From Paraphysomonas bandaiensis (Eukaryota; Protista; Chrysophyceae), in the NCBI GenBank assembly GCA_965644295.1, contig CBFFRP010000111.1, forward strand, positions 124,001-188,000: DNA of 64,000 nt, written 5' to 3'. Both the position numbers and the translations under genes were made by a program. Below are positions 1-13,660 of the stretch, in pieces; the stretch's first letter is position 1, and every line of letters begins with the position of its first letter. A model generated the notes under the pieces. It did no database searches and was not told the origin of the DNA. It saw nothing but the letters and a program-made list of their open reading frames with translations.

Positions 1-69
1 TAGCCATGGTTCATACATTGAATCATATTTAGGGGGAGTAGAAATTGATGAGTTCATAAGTCCTTTCAT
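1..69 (-). CDS. Possible 5' end of a gene running off the left edge
   Basis: ATG at 69 opens MKGLMNSSISTPPKYDSMYEPWL to the window edge. It lies about 100 bp from a (CATA)n tract, like other gene starts here. No homology recognised. Confidence 0.3.
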   Translation of the reverse strand, partial: MKGLMNSSISTPPKYDSMYEPWL

Positions 70-167
70 GAGGATGATTGTATAAGCTAATGATGTGGTT
101 ATGACATTCGGAAGAAGATGATACTGATACTGCTTTGCACCATACCACAACTAAGATAACACACACC

Positions 168-1036
168 TGTATGTATGTATGTATGTATGTATGTATGTAT
201 GTATGTATGTATGTATGTAGGTATGTATGTATGTATGTATGTACGTATGTATGTATGTATGTATGTATGTATGTATGTATGTATGTATGTATGTATGTAT
301 GTATGTATGTATGTATGTATGTATGTATGTATGTATGTATGTATGTATGTATGTATGTATGTATGTATGTATGTATGTATGTATGTATGTATGTATGTAT
401 GTATGTATGTATGTATGTATGTATGTATGTATGTATGTATGTATGTATGTATGTATGTATGTATGTATGTATGTATGTATGTATGTATGTATGTATGTAT
501 GTATGTATGTATGTATGTATGTATGTATGTATGTATGTATGTATGTATGTATGTATGTATGTATGTATGTATGTATGTATGTATGTATGTATGTATGTAT
601 GTATGTATGTATGTATGTATGTATGTATGTATGTATGTATGTATGTATGTATGTATGTATGTATGTATGTATGTATGTATGTATGTATGTATGTATGTAT
701 GTATGTATGTATGTATGTATGTATGTATGTATGTATGTATGTATGTATGTATGTATGTATGTATGTATGTATGTATGTATGTATGTATGTATGTATGTAT
801 GTATGTATGTATGTATGTATGTATGTATGTATGTATGTATGTATGTATGTATGTATGTATGTATGTATGTATGTATGTATGTATGTATGTATGTATGTAT
901 GTATGTATGTATGTATGCATGTATGTATGTATGTATGTATGTATGTATGCATGTATGTATGTATGTATGTATGTATGTATGTATGTATGTATGTATGTAT
1001 GTATGTATGTATGTATGTATGTATGTATGTATGTAT
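168..1036. repeat. (TATG)n microsatellite, about 870 bp
   Basis: Near-perfect TATG repeat; the MYVC/HTYI ORFs are artefacts of it. Confidence 0.99.
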
Positions 1037-1975
1037 CTTACTTTTTCTCTGTACTTTGCTATGTATCTCTAATCTTTATTAAAGGAATTCGACTCTATCG
1101 TTACTTTGGCCCAGCACCACGAGTCTATCCTTCGTCATGAGCTCATCAACCTTGTAGGGCTGCTTGAGACACGTTTTCCCATACGACTTATGTTCAATGT
1201 GAATCCCCAACTGACTGCTCAACTTCTTTAATAATTCCTAAGATCAGCACCCTTCTGAGATCTTAACTCTAACTGTAATTGAGGCCCATTTCAAGAGTAG
1301 GTTTATCCTTACAATCACATTGTATTTCTAAACTTCATGCCCCATTCCGAGAGCGTGCCCTAGTAAAGGGCTAGTGTTGAGTGTTGATTAAACTAAAAGC
1401 TAAGCAATGTATATATTTTTATTAAAATCCCGGCGTACTTTTTTGTGTGTGGTGACAAGCAAGCTCCAGCTAGATCTACTCTATACTTGTATAGTTCATA
1501 GTCTCTGCGCGATTACGAGAAACCTCGAGCATTCTAGGGGAGGAGAGGGCTCGTCAGCCAATGTCACGCTAGGTCTATACTGACTCATGCATAATCACGT
1601 GAAGCTTTGTTAGAGAATGGGAAGGTAAACATGACCTTGCTAGCTTGCTATAATCTATTCGAATTACATACATATGCCTGTTTTGCATAGCTATGAGAAA
1701 TCCAGAGTATCTGTGTTGTCAGCCTCTCTGATGCGAGAATAACGGGCAAGCACTCAATGCAGATAATTATTGTACTATGCATATAAGCTGTCTTCATCAC
1801 ACGTTCCTATTATGGCAAACTTACAGTACGGCTGCTAAACGTATCTCTACATATCTACTTGTACATGATACCAAAAATCAGCATAAGAATTGGGATGCAG
1901 TAATTAATGCAGTATTTACTCTTTTTCGTGAACAGAAGAGTGTACTAATTCTTAATCCATGTTCCAATAACAAAT

Positions 1976-3003
1976 CTAACTATTTTGCTTGTCCACAATA
2001 TTCTTCTCTTGCTCACTACTAACCGCTTTACTGGGGCTTTCCTTAGTCTCCTCTTCTTCATCGTCGTCTGAGTCGTTGGTCTTGAAGAAAGTGTAGGAGA
2101 GAGTAATAATTTTAACATTATCCATTGATGGGTCATCTGCAAATTCTGGGTCTATAAAGAAAAATACTGGCATGTCAATTTCTTCATGAGGTCCAATTCT
2201 CTGTTCTTCAAAGCAAAAGCACTGGATCTTGTTAAAGTATATTCCAGCTTTGGGAGGAAAGACATTATAAGTGGCGACTCCCGTGATGGGTTTGTTAGTG
2301 GTATTTTTGACAGTGTAAAACGCTAACGCAGTTTCTCCTGGAACCAGCTAACAAACCATTGAAAAATGAATTATGCATCAATTAATAATACCTTTACGTT
2401 GGACTGAGTGGGTCGGAACTTCCAAGGAAGGGTGGAGTGAACAGATCCATCAAAATCAACACGAATCACACGACCACCAACCACCTTAGCACATATTCGA
2501 AATAAAGTAGTCAGAGATACTAATCATTTGAGCTTACCGGCTTAACAGTATTAGCCTTTGCCTCATCGGCTCGTTGAGTGGTTCCACCAAACCCTGTCAT
2601 CTAAAACACAATAAGGTATGTCTCATATGTACTAAAGTCAATCAAACGTACTTGACAGAACACCTTATACAAAGGTACCGATGCGTAGGACACCCCAAAT
2701 GTAAAGACTACGAATGCAGCGGCAATATACGCAACCTACACACAATCATAAGATACTAATCCGTAATACACATGACTTATCAACCTTTTTATGTTTCTCA
2801 TTAATACTATCACTGTTTGGACCTTAATATACGATTCAATTAGTTATAATTCTATATATCTTATACATACCTGATGAATAGCAACGTCTGTTTCCCTTAA
2901 TTATGTTATGTATAGTACTGTGTCCACGATACTTATGTATCACAATGCCACCTTTGCATTGACTAATAGATACACGACGGAAAATAGGTCGTATTGTTAG
3001 CAT
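1976..3003 (-). CDS. COX11: Cytochrome c oxidase assembly copper chaperone COX11, 6 exons
   Basis: Spliced motifs SYASVPLYKVFCQ, TGFGGTT, PGETALAFY, YFNKIQCFCFEEQ, DMPVFFFIDP, TLSYTFF. GT-AG introns at about 2348-2391, 2485-2537, 2601-2651, 2736-2784 and 2823-2870. Basic presequence-like N-terminus. Confidence 0.95.
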
Positions 3004-3496
3004 TCTATCTATTTACAGTATGATATATTGTTCCTTGGCAACTACTTTAAAATTAATTACATATGTCTAATTTTTATAAGTACTTGACAACACTACGCCT
3101 CCTGAAAATCCCTATTTTCTAGCCGTAGATTTCTATAAATGTTTAGTTTTGATGCTATGTACTCTGTATGTGAATGGTATGGACATACAGTATTTTATAA
3201 TACAAGTTGTAATTATCCAATCAAAACTATATATTACAAAATAAACTATTATAATTTGCTAATCATTCTTTCCCATCCAAATATACATACATATATGAAC
3301 CATTCGACATGTTGGTCGTATTTAGGTAGGTGTGTATCACGTATCAATTGGTTGGTTCGTGATCCCTCACATCACTCTGTATATATTTCTACGTATATCT
3401 TCATATATAATCTCATTGAGTGTTATTCATTCACAATATATAGACATATACATTCAATTATACTTTAAATAAGATAGAAATTAAAGTAGTATAGAC

Positions 3497-5524
3497 ATGT
3501 CGAGCACTAGTTTCAATGTGCTCTTTGAATCATCTGCTGGGTATGCATTATTCTCTATATTAGAGAGTGAAGAGATTGGCAGTCTGGTGAATGAGGTATA
3601 CCCCTCATAATACATGTATTTATTAATTAAATATCATATATTTCCTTATAGGTTCAAGCGGGTATGACAGATTTATCAAGATTTCAAAGAATTGTTAAGA
3701 TGACTGCATTTACTCCATTTTTAACGGCTGAGAATGCATTAGAGAATATTAACGCTATCTCTGAACATGAAATCTCTGATGAATTACGAGTAATACCATT
3801 ATGTATGACAATAACTATGTAGTTTATATAGTATGTATTGTAGTCATTTCTTGAATCGAATCTTCCAAAGGGAAAGAAAGCTACCAAGCATCCTCTTGGA
3901 GTGGTATGTGGTGTGTTTTCTCTTGTGTGAGCTGTAATTTGGGATATGCTTTGTTACAGATTGAGCCTGTGCTTGCCCAAGCCATTCAGGAGAATCTGGA
4001 CATAGCATGTCGCTCGGACGAGACGGTTAGGGAGCTGATTCGTGGCATTCGCATGCACTTCACAAAGTTCGTGAAACCACTTGCTGGGGGTAACCTCGAG
4101 CAGTCTCAGCTCGGTCTTGGTCATTCCTATTCACGCTCTAAGGTACACACATCATGCACTATGTTACTACATTCTCAGCACAATAGATGCACTGTTTGTT
4201 TGCGCTTTACATGTTTATTTTATTCGTGTTTCACTTTAACTTGACCTTTAAAACAGGTCAAATTCAACCCCGGTAGGGCGGACAACATGATCATACAGTC
4301 CATTGCACTTCTAGATCAGCTTGATAAGGATCTCAACACTTTTGCAATGAGGGTGCGAGAGTGGTATGGCTGGCACTTTCCTGAGCTCAAGAGCATTGTC
4401 AGTGACAATTACCTTTATGCTCGTTGTGCGGCATTCATTCAGGTGAGCACATGTAGGAATGTGTAACTTTGAATTTAGTACACGCTTTGTCTGTTAGCAG
4501 TATGCTAATTTGGTTCTGTCATTTTCTGTAGGACAAGTCCACACTTACAGATGACAAGATCCCCGGTTTAGAGGCTATTTTGGGAGAGGAAGCGGATGCG
4601 AAAGCCATTGTAAAGGCAGCCAAGGCATCTATGGGTATGGACACCTCTGAGCAAGACATGGCCAATATTCTTGTCTTCACCGAGCGTATGGTGGCTCTTG
4701 CGCAATATCGCAAGGAGCTCTACGCCTATCTGGAAGAGAAGATGTCCACTGTGGCGCCCAACCTCTCTGCACTGATTGGGGAAACTGTCGCTGCTAGATT
4801 GATCCAGAAAGCTGGTTCTCTCACCTCGCTTGCGAAGTGCCCGGCTTCCACGGTACAGATTCTTGGAGCAGAGAAGGCTCTTTTCCGGTGCGTGTTTTTG
4901 GCTGTTTTATATATTACCTATCGTATTTATCATAATGTCGATTTCAATTGACTTCATTTTTACAGTGCTCTGAAGACTAAAGGCAATACCCCCAAATATG
5001 GCATTATATACCATTCGTCATTCATCGGTCGTGCCTCAGCCAAGAATAAAGGCCGCATATCTCGTTACCTGGCCAACAAGTGTTCTATCGCCTCCCGTGT
5101 AGATTCCTTTATTGATGAGCCGACCAGTGCCTATGGTAACCAGCTTAGGGAGCAGGTCGAAGAGAGGCTTAATTTCTATGACACCGGTGCCGCACCGCGC
5201 AAGAATGTAGACGTAATGACTGCAGTCTCTCAGAAACTACGCGAACTATCAGGTGACGCCGGGACCGACGACAAAAAGAAATCAAAGAAGAAGAGGAAGG
5301 CTGATGAGATTGAAGAAGTGGTGCCTGCTGTGGACGAGTCGAAGGAAAAGAAGAAGAAGAAGAAAAGCAAGGAGGCTGCTGTCGTTGAAGTTGAAGTGAC
5401 TAATGAAGAGCCAAAGAAGAAAAAGAAGAAGCCTACTCCAGAAGTTGAGGCAGCTCCTGCTGTTGAAGAGTCTGCGAAGAAAAAGAAGAAGAAGAAGGTA
5501 CGCTCTCTGGCATCCCAAATGTAG
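3497..5524 (+). CDS. NOP56: Nucleolar protein 56 (box C/D snoRNP core), multi-exon
   Basis: [94 protein letters not shown] and a lysine-rich tail. Confidence 0.95.
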
Positions 5525-5912
5525 GTCGTAACAAACATATGTAGGACAAAAGCGCTTAATTCAGCGAGACTCACTATTTTGCTGAAATGACGCAATTTTA
5601 GTTTTAATGAAATACTGATTCACGCCGTGAATTTATTTTCGTTGAACCTATCACTTGGAGTACAGAGCGATGGATCAAAATTCGTTCGTCAAAATTCGTT
5701 CTGATATTTCTCGCGCCATATAGTAGCTATACAGTTGTAGTCAGTTGGTAGGATAACTGTATTTCTGCAAGAATCGCTCTGTGTTGAGTGAATGCAATAA
5801 CTTTAATTGGATTTATAATAAATAATTGTAGTTTCCTCAAGAGAATCGGCGAAGTATTGATCAAACGTAGCAGCGTGCTGCAATGAAATTATACAAACAT
5901 ACAGAGTTAAAC

Positions 5913-8161
5913 CAGGGCCTGGTTACAATTAGTGGTAGTCCAGCTCCCGGCAATTATAATGGCATTTCCAATAATGTCTAAGTAGACAATACCGATCATA
6001 TAGATTCGTAACTACTTCTCGCTCTCTCCTGGCACATCAGGATCTTCTTGCAGGGCTTCATGGAGGGCATAAGCATCCCAACATGTAATTGGCTCGTAGG
6101 AATAGCAACGATTCTAGACGATATGGATTCATGTTTCTACGCTCATATGTCATAATTAACTTTGAACGACTACAGCCCCTGAACAACAACATTTGATTGT
6201 GCTTCGATAAGAAGCAAGCAGCGGTAGCTGGACTCATATAGATACCAAGTCGAGCTCTCTTGGTGACCTCGGCGCTGTCCAGAACACCCTGTGCAAAAGC
6301 AAATTGTCACTCTTAAACATCTTTAGATCTTTCATCAAGGTATGCCAGTTTTCTCGCGCTCAGTGTCAGAAAACAAACAAACGAAGGAAGGTGACTCGGT
6401 GGCCTGACGAATTCACTCCCCTCAACAAAGTCGGACTCGCACCTTTTCGTGGTGTTCTGGGGGATAAGTACCGGAGAGATTCTCTCTGGGAAACTAACGT
6501 GAGCCGCAAACATAGTCAGCAGATATTGTTCTGCCCACTCATAGCCAAATGCTTGTGTGGTACAAGGGACACTAATAAGTGTCACTTGTGTAGACGTCTT
6601 TGGGCCCTGACGAATAAACAGGCATCCGGGAATGGGCCCACCTCAAGGGCATCCGGGACAGGGCCCACCAGAAGGGTAACCGGGGTATTGGGCTGCCTGC
6701 TGAAGTTAAGCATCCGGGATGTTCACCTTAAGAACTCAAAACACCTGAAGTCAGCAGATGTCAGGTATATCAACATTCTGCTTGCTCCCTGCGTTTGCTT
6801 TGAGTGATTGATGCTGAGTATGAGTTCACATTATTCGGTATCTGTGTGGCCAATGACCGAGGTAATGCGTCAAACTTTCCTCATGGATGCATGGCAATGG
6901 CAATGATGTGATTAGACCTGTCATGTCTTCTCACACGTCTACTGCCTAGTCTTGGTTTCTCCTGACCCAGGTCATTGAGATTATATCAAGGCTCTGGCAC
7001 TGTTCTCCAAGCAGTGTCAGGTACATTTGTGATGCTTTTATGTTATTCTTGCTTAGTAGGTTTTCATCCGAGCGGGGAAGGTGCACGGTTTCCTACTAGT
7101 GTAAGTCACTCGGGAGAAGAGTGCAAGGTGGATGCATGTGCTGGACGAGTGCACACAATGGAGGGAAGATATTGGAGTCAGCTTGAATTTGTAACAGATT
7201 TTGGTAGATGTCTGTTTCATGCGTCAGTGTGCAAAATTGCACCAGTGAGACCGCTTCGTGACCGTGGGAGGACCCGGCGCTATAGAGCTACTTTATTCTC
7301 CCTTCCAGACTACCTGCTGCTGTGAACACCACCTTGAAGAGGGCCCTAAAGATCTGCCGCATATACAGGAGACATATGCCGAAGACACCGACCGCAAGTT
7401 GTTTGTGTTAGGACAAGTAGATTGGGCAGGAGCGTATGATCCGGCTTAAACACGCAACTCGTCGTATGCCCATGTAGCTAACTAAATCGTGTTGTATAGT
7501 TGAGCACTTGTCGGTGCATGCAATAGTAACTTGATGAGAGTCATGTTATGCATAGTGTCGCGCGAGTTGTTAGGTTGGTCGCGGCAACGCACAAGCTTGC
7601 GCTTCTTAATAATCAGATTTTCAATTGACGAATTCACTCAGAAAAAGGCTCTGTATGTTACACTGCCGTCAATTTTTATGGCCATCATCATTGCTTATTA
7701 ATATATGGTATAATTACAAAGTACAATTATTTTGTTTAGTTGTGTACTGCATCTCCTTTCAACTTTGGGAAAAATAATATTTTTATGAATGTTTGCTTCA
7801 ACGTGAAATGTGCATATTTTGAGTATGAGTAAGTTGCTCTGTTGTTGCTCAGGAAGCTATTTTCTAATTCTTATAGCATTAAAATTGCCTCTGCTGATAC
7901 TGAATAAAGTTACTACCAAGTAGCTGTAGAGTTGCATGAACATTGCCGGGACATTTCTCAGTAATGCCATTATAATTGCTGGGAATTGGACTACCATTGA
8001 TGGACCATTAATGGCATTCCATTAATAGAATGTACTGGTACTTGATATATATATGCTATATATAGAACTAAGTGAAATCTAAACAATATGCTACAATTAT
8101 AATGGCATTACCATTAATGGCCATTAATGCCATTACCAGTAACGGTTACTAGTAGGCCCTG
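5913..8161. mobile_element. Decayed non-autonomous TIR DNA transposon, hAT-like
   Basis: Ends CAGGGCCT...AGGCCCTG. Flanks AGTTAAAC/AGCTATAC match 6/8, like a degraded 8-bp TSD. Subterminal inverted block 5933-5978 versus about 7949-7996, plus repeated AATGGCATT/AATGCCATT motifs. No transposase recognised. Confidence 0.55.
6510..6805. repeat. Diverged inverted repeat of about 8450-8700
   Basis: ATAGCCAAATGCTTGTGTGGTACAAG and TGTAGACGTCTTTGGGCC occur as reverse complements at about 8610-8655. Confidence 0.8.
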
Positions 8162-9259
8162 AGCTATACATATTGAGTTTTGGTCGTTAAAAGAAGTTAT
8201 GTCGTTAGAAAAGGTAGATCATTTTATGTCAACCACTGATAAACTTCCGTATCATGAATCGTCATGATACTTCATATTCACAGTAGCTATATGGTATTTT
8301 TTGACTAGTAGTGAATGTCTGATTAGGCGTCGTTTAAGATTCAAATCAATTTAACATACTACTGTTTAACTCTGATATCCTACTATTTAACACTACGAAA
8401 GCTGCTTCTGCGTCACCGCAAGCACCAGCAACAACTTTCGCTCTATCACTCAAAGCAAACGCACTGAGCAAGCAGAATGTTGATATATTGACATTTTCAG
8501 ACTTCAGGATTTTTGAGTCCTTTAAGTGAATAGCCCGGATGCTTGTCTACAGCAGGCATCCCGATACCCCGAGTGCCTGTTAATTCGTCAAGGCCCAAAG
8601 ACGTCTACATTAGTGACATATTTGTGACTCTTGTACCACACAAGCATTTGGCTATGATAGGGCAGAAAATTATCTGCTGACTAAATGTATGCAGTTCAGG
8701 TTGTTGAAGGACACAGCAAGTCACTTCCAGTTTCGTCCAGCCACTCATTCTTCACCTCAGCAGAGAGCAGAGATATCCTGGGTCGCTAATGAACTCTGCT
8801 AGGTATTACAGCGACTGCTGGAAGAACTGAGCGATGATACTTTTAAACGGTATAGTCCGATACTGTGGGCTGTTGTTCTGATAATGCCAGTGTAACAAAC
8901 ACTCTGTGCAGATGAAGATATCAACAGTGCCACAACCGTCAACCTTTCTCGCACAGGCTTTCACACCTGTTTGACGTTAACTTAATTATTAATTATTATC
9001 AGATATATTGCATATTGCATAGCTTCACCCGTGGAGTGAACTCAATACGTTAAGTTATAATAAATTCTCGCATAGTACTGCAAGGAGTAATACCACAATA
9101 AAAGATATACTTTAATTATCATCATTAAACATAGCTATATATAACATAATGTTTATAAGACGGTATCACAGCACAGTCATTTTAATGAGTACAATATCGC
9201 AATCAAACTATCTGAGCGCATACGGCGTATACGTCGACAGTATACTGTCATGAATCAAA

Positions 9260-11052
9260 TTACTTAGGAACCGATGATGGGCTCTTTCTGCACCAACTTC
9301 TCCACGTCCTGTACAAAGAATACATATCAAAACAACACAGTATATATAAGCAGAGAGTGTACTTAGTTTTTCCCCTGACATCCACCGCATTACTCAGATC
9401 TTCTAGAAAATCTGCAATCTAAGACAGTTTACGACCATTGGTGAGGTTCAATGTAGACTTAGCGAAAACATATTCTCAATACACCGCAATACATACATAA
9501 AGCAATAAATATTCAAATTATAGGGCAATATATCACTCTACCTGCCACATTTCAACATCTTTGAGGTCATCAATAAAAGACCCACAATCTATCGCATTTT
9601 CTAACATAACATGTTAGAAAATATGAATAAGAATTTAGAAATAGGTCACTCAATTTACATGTCATGGTATTACTAGTATCCTCACCTGGATGGAATATAT
9701 ATGACATCGGCGAATTATCAACTATGATGCACTGTGATATCTCTCGGTTAAGAAGGGATAAGTCCTTCACATAGTGCCCTAAATAAAGCCGAAATGATGT
9801 CATTACATTTACTAAGGTAACAAAACACCTTCAAAATATACACAGCTCTCTCTGAATAAACGAGTAGATATGACATTGTGAATATCCAATTGGTCCAGAA
9901 GTGGGTCAGCGTATTTACTCAATGAAGCTGTATAAATGACGATCTGAGAAAGGTCACAAACAAAGGAGGGTAAGCACATGGCGCTCTAAAAGATCTATGA
10001 TAACCTCATATTTCTCGCCCATTCGTCGCATAAACTCGTCTACACCTGCAGAAAGCGTTCATGCAAAAGTATCACTAAAGTGCCTCCTACCTGGGCGCTT
10101 CAGAACATATACATTGTGTACGACACCGTCGATATTTACTGGAATAGTGAAGTCAGCGTTCTCAACGTACTGTTGAAAACGCGTTGGAACAGTGCATGAA
10201 CACGACAGCAATATTGGATACCTCAAATGAGCTGTGCACTAGGGTTTCATCGAGATCGAGAGCAAGACATTTTTTTCCAGCGAATTGGGGCGACGGATCG
10301 CTCATCAGCTGGGTCTGACCAGATATACTCGTTCTTTTTGACCTGAATATCAGTTGCTGAGAAACCGGCGGGCATAGGATTGAGCAATGATTGTATTGAC
10401 GGAAAGTACCTTGAATGGGTAATGCGCGGAGCCTTCACTAGTTGAGTACTGCGTTTATTAGTCCCTTTGTCACGGCAGAAGCAACAAAACATCTGTTTCC
10501 ATAGGGGGTGTTTCGGCGGCGGAACGTTGTCAACTTTATCACTATCCACCGTTTTGTGCTGAAAGAAATAGCCGTCAAAGCGTATATGAATCGTCGATAT
10601 CAGTACCACTCGTACAGACTTTGCTTTCCCGTCCTTATCAGTCTGTGTGATTATATCTGAATCGTATGGTATCGTCTGTGCATTCGAATTGGTAGACGCC
10701 TTATATCTGCTCTTATCTATTATCATAAATCAGAAGAAAAATACAATTTCTGCAGTTTCAAACCATCCGCAACATCCGCAGTACGGCCTATAGAAGAAAT
10801 GAAAACATATGAGAGGCATAAAAGAGGTTCACCAGTCGACTCTGTGGCCGTATCTGAGATATCATCTAGTTGACGAGAAAATATAACTGGATTCACCATT
10901 TCTGATAAGATTATCACACATTTATTTATATAAATCATTAGAGTTTATAAGTACCTTCATTATCTGTCTTAGAGGGGGATGTTTTAGTACTTTTTCTCCC
11001 TGTTATGAGTGGATTTAAGTGGTATGAACATATATATACACTAACCGGACAT
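9260..11052 (-). CDS. CTD small phosphatase (SCP1/CTDSP/PSR1-like, FCP1-family HAD), multi-exon
   Basis: [17 protein letters not shown] (DxDxT), [43 protein letters not shown] and an upstream FCCFC motif. The start codon is tentative (micro-exon at 11052). Confidence 0.93.
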
Positions 11053-11716
11053 TATATCAGGAAAAAACCTGTTGTAGTATGATGATACTAAGTGATATAC
11101 TTAGTAATGATGAGATTGTATTGTATTGTGATTGGTAATGCAATTGAATTGGTAGGAGATGAAATAGTTTGCAATTGGCTCAACATTGCACTGGCTATAG
11201 TATATATACAGGCGTTTACAGTATATAAACACCTGTACAGATACATATACATGGTCACGTACACATACACATACACCGTCCACTACATACACTGCTGTGT
11301 GTACAGAGAAGATATCTATCCAACACTGTATACATTCAGGAGTACCATATATATATTCTAAATACTCTAATTTTAGAGTACTAAATAGTTGAAAACCCAC
11401 CTTTTCAGTGTTTAAGTATAGAAAACTAAGGAAATCCGGCTTAAACTTCAGTTTCTACACTTTGTATTGAGGCCACTAATTATGGTGAAGACATAAAACA
11501 AAAAGACAAAAGACATTTTTTCAGCAGAATTGTTTTTGTCCAGGTGCGAATGGAGCTGGAATTGCGCAGACAGAAAGACAAAAGACAAAAACATGGATTT
11601 TGTGTTTGAATTTGAATTTCTGTTCATTCATACTCGCTTGTTCTCACTGAATGCATTGTGAATCAGAGCATTAGCATTATAACACAAGTCACAAGTGACA
11701 GTGTAAAGTTTATAGT

Positions 11717-12796
11717 ATGATATTTCGCGTGGGTACATTGTCCCGAAAGTACTTAGTATACAAAAAGGAGAAAACATCCTTCATCAAACAGCTTGTGAAG
11801 AAAACTCGAGCGTCCTCTGAGGATCGTATAATTGCAAGAAGAAATGTGTATGAACGTATTGACTACGATGACACGCCATGGGGCCTCCTGCTGAGGGATG
11901 CAAGGATAAGAGACCCAACAACTCGTGAAGGTATGACTTCTGGTACTGTTTTATATATCACGTGACTCTGCATCAGGCAAGCTTTTCAGAACGCGTTTTC
12001 GAGTTCCGTATCAAATGTTTCAAGAAATAGTCCTATGGGCTAAAGATTCCTCACTTCGTAAGAATAAGTTAACAGGGCAACCCATCGCTGATACTGACGC
12101 GATAGGTATTTTCCTGTTTAGAATATTTGAGGTTGTTTGAACTGTGTATTCTAGGTCGTAAAAGTGAAGAATACACATGACGACAACGAAGAGGAGATAA
12201 AGGGTTTATATTTCATTTGTGATGGAGGATATCATAAATGGAGGTGCATGCAGTGTCCAGTTAAAAATACATCTGCCCATGACCTCAGAATCTGGTCAAA
12301 GTGGCTAGAATCGGTTCGCAAGGACATCGAATGCACATTCGGTATACTCAAGGGGCGTTTTCGAATTCTAAAAATTCCTATTCTGCTTCAAAGTAAAGAG
12401 GAAATTGACAATGTATTTTTCACATGCTGTTGTCTACACAATGAGATCATGAGGGATGATAACTTGTTTAAGCTGTGGGAGCAGGGTGTGGAATGGAATG
12501 GACCAGATGGATTTCATGATTTATGCGACATAGATAAAGCATTTAAAGTTCACAGAGAAAATAACGGTAAGTTGAAAGAAGTTGTGCTTAGAGTACAGAG
12601 AGACACAGATCTAACAGATCCCAAACATCGATGTGGTACATTGTTTGATACAGTTGAAGCTGTACGTACTGAAGTTGAAAATGAGCACACTGTCCTCAGA
12701 AATAAATTTGTTAACCATTTCATGCGTATGTGTAGTGATAAAACTGTTAACCATTTCATGCGTATGTGTAGTGATAAAACTGTTGTATGGTCATAA
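11717..12796 (+). pseudogene. Harbinger DDE_Tnp_4-type transposase lacking its central part
   Basis: N-terminal exons (GKLFRTRFRVPYQMF) join almost directly to ICDGGYHKW...RKDIECTFGILKGRFRIL...CCCLHN. The first catalytic Asp region is not seen. 36-bp tandem duplication at about 12710-12781. Confidence 0.85.
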
Positions 12797-13003
12797 TTAA
12801 AAACTGATTTGTTTCATAAGTACAGTTGATTACTTAGCTCATGCAATTAACATAGCAAATAGCATATTATTATGCAGTAATTATAGTATAGCTGATGCCA
12901 ACATGTGATTATATGCTATAACTAGAATTGCATTGGCATTTTGATAATCTTTCAATCGGAAACGATATCCGAGAGGTCCACAGAGTTCTCAATGACAGAA
13001 GTC

Positions 13004-13660
13004 TCAGGAGAGTCGCAAGTAAATTGCAGCATGTGAGGTGTGCTGCTCGTTGAGTTCGATGTTATAGTAAACATAGTAAACCGGAAACATAGTAAAATAA
13101 TATCTGAACTCCTCCATACGATTGTGACGGGCTGTCATTCTGACCTCATATTCTCCTATGCTATTAGAATCTCCTTCCGAATAACCAGACTCCTTCAAGC
13201 TCTTATTGCGCTGCTCCTTTCTTCATTTCGAACCTTTTGGTATCTTTTCTTGGGGTTTCTCACTGGAAGGACCATTACCGACAATAACTTTGAAACCATC
13301 CCAATAATGTTCCCCAGCTGGTAGGCCTACTTGCATGAACACAATAAAATCGATCGGACCAAGATAACTACCATTGGGGTCAAATGGCTTGGGGTTGCTG
13401 TCATTATTATCATATAACTCGCCTCCCGAATTTGTGCTAGAGCTCTCCTTTTCACCCTTTCAGCTTCTTTACGATTCCAGGAGAGCTCCAACGTCTTTAT
13501 GAGCAACTCCCTCATCTGTACGCCGGACGGTATTGTTCCGTTGCTCTGCAATCGTCGTGGTCTTGACACCATGGGTCTCCATGCCTGCCAAAGCAATAGC
13601 AAGCTTCTGCCAATGTTTGAGACTGTAAATCATTGCGATCTGTGCTGTTTATCAGGCATA
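13004..13660 (-). pseudogene. Probable second (accessory) gene of the Harbinger element
   Basis: Convergent ORF fragments inside the TIRs, also conserved in the second copy at about 56860-57550. Harbingers normally carry a second DNA-binding gene, but no Myb motif was recognised. Confidence 0.45.

Noticed and set aside
29-1140. Long MYVC/HTYI ORFs (also 20002-21085 and 54186-54484)
   Set aside because: Stop-free translations of the TATG/CATA microsatellite.
4143-4530. Intronic snoRNAs in the longer NOP56 introns
   Set aside because: No box C (RTGATGA) plus box D (CTGA) pair or clear H/ACA structure.
5230-5595. Phe-rich minus-strand ORFs
   Set aside because: Antisense shadows of the NOP56 lysine-rich tail.
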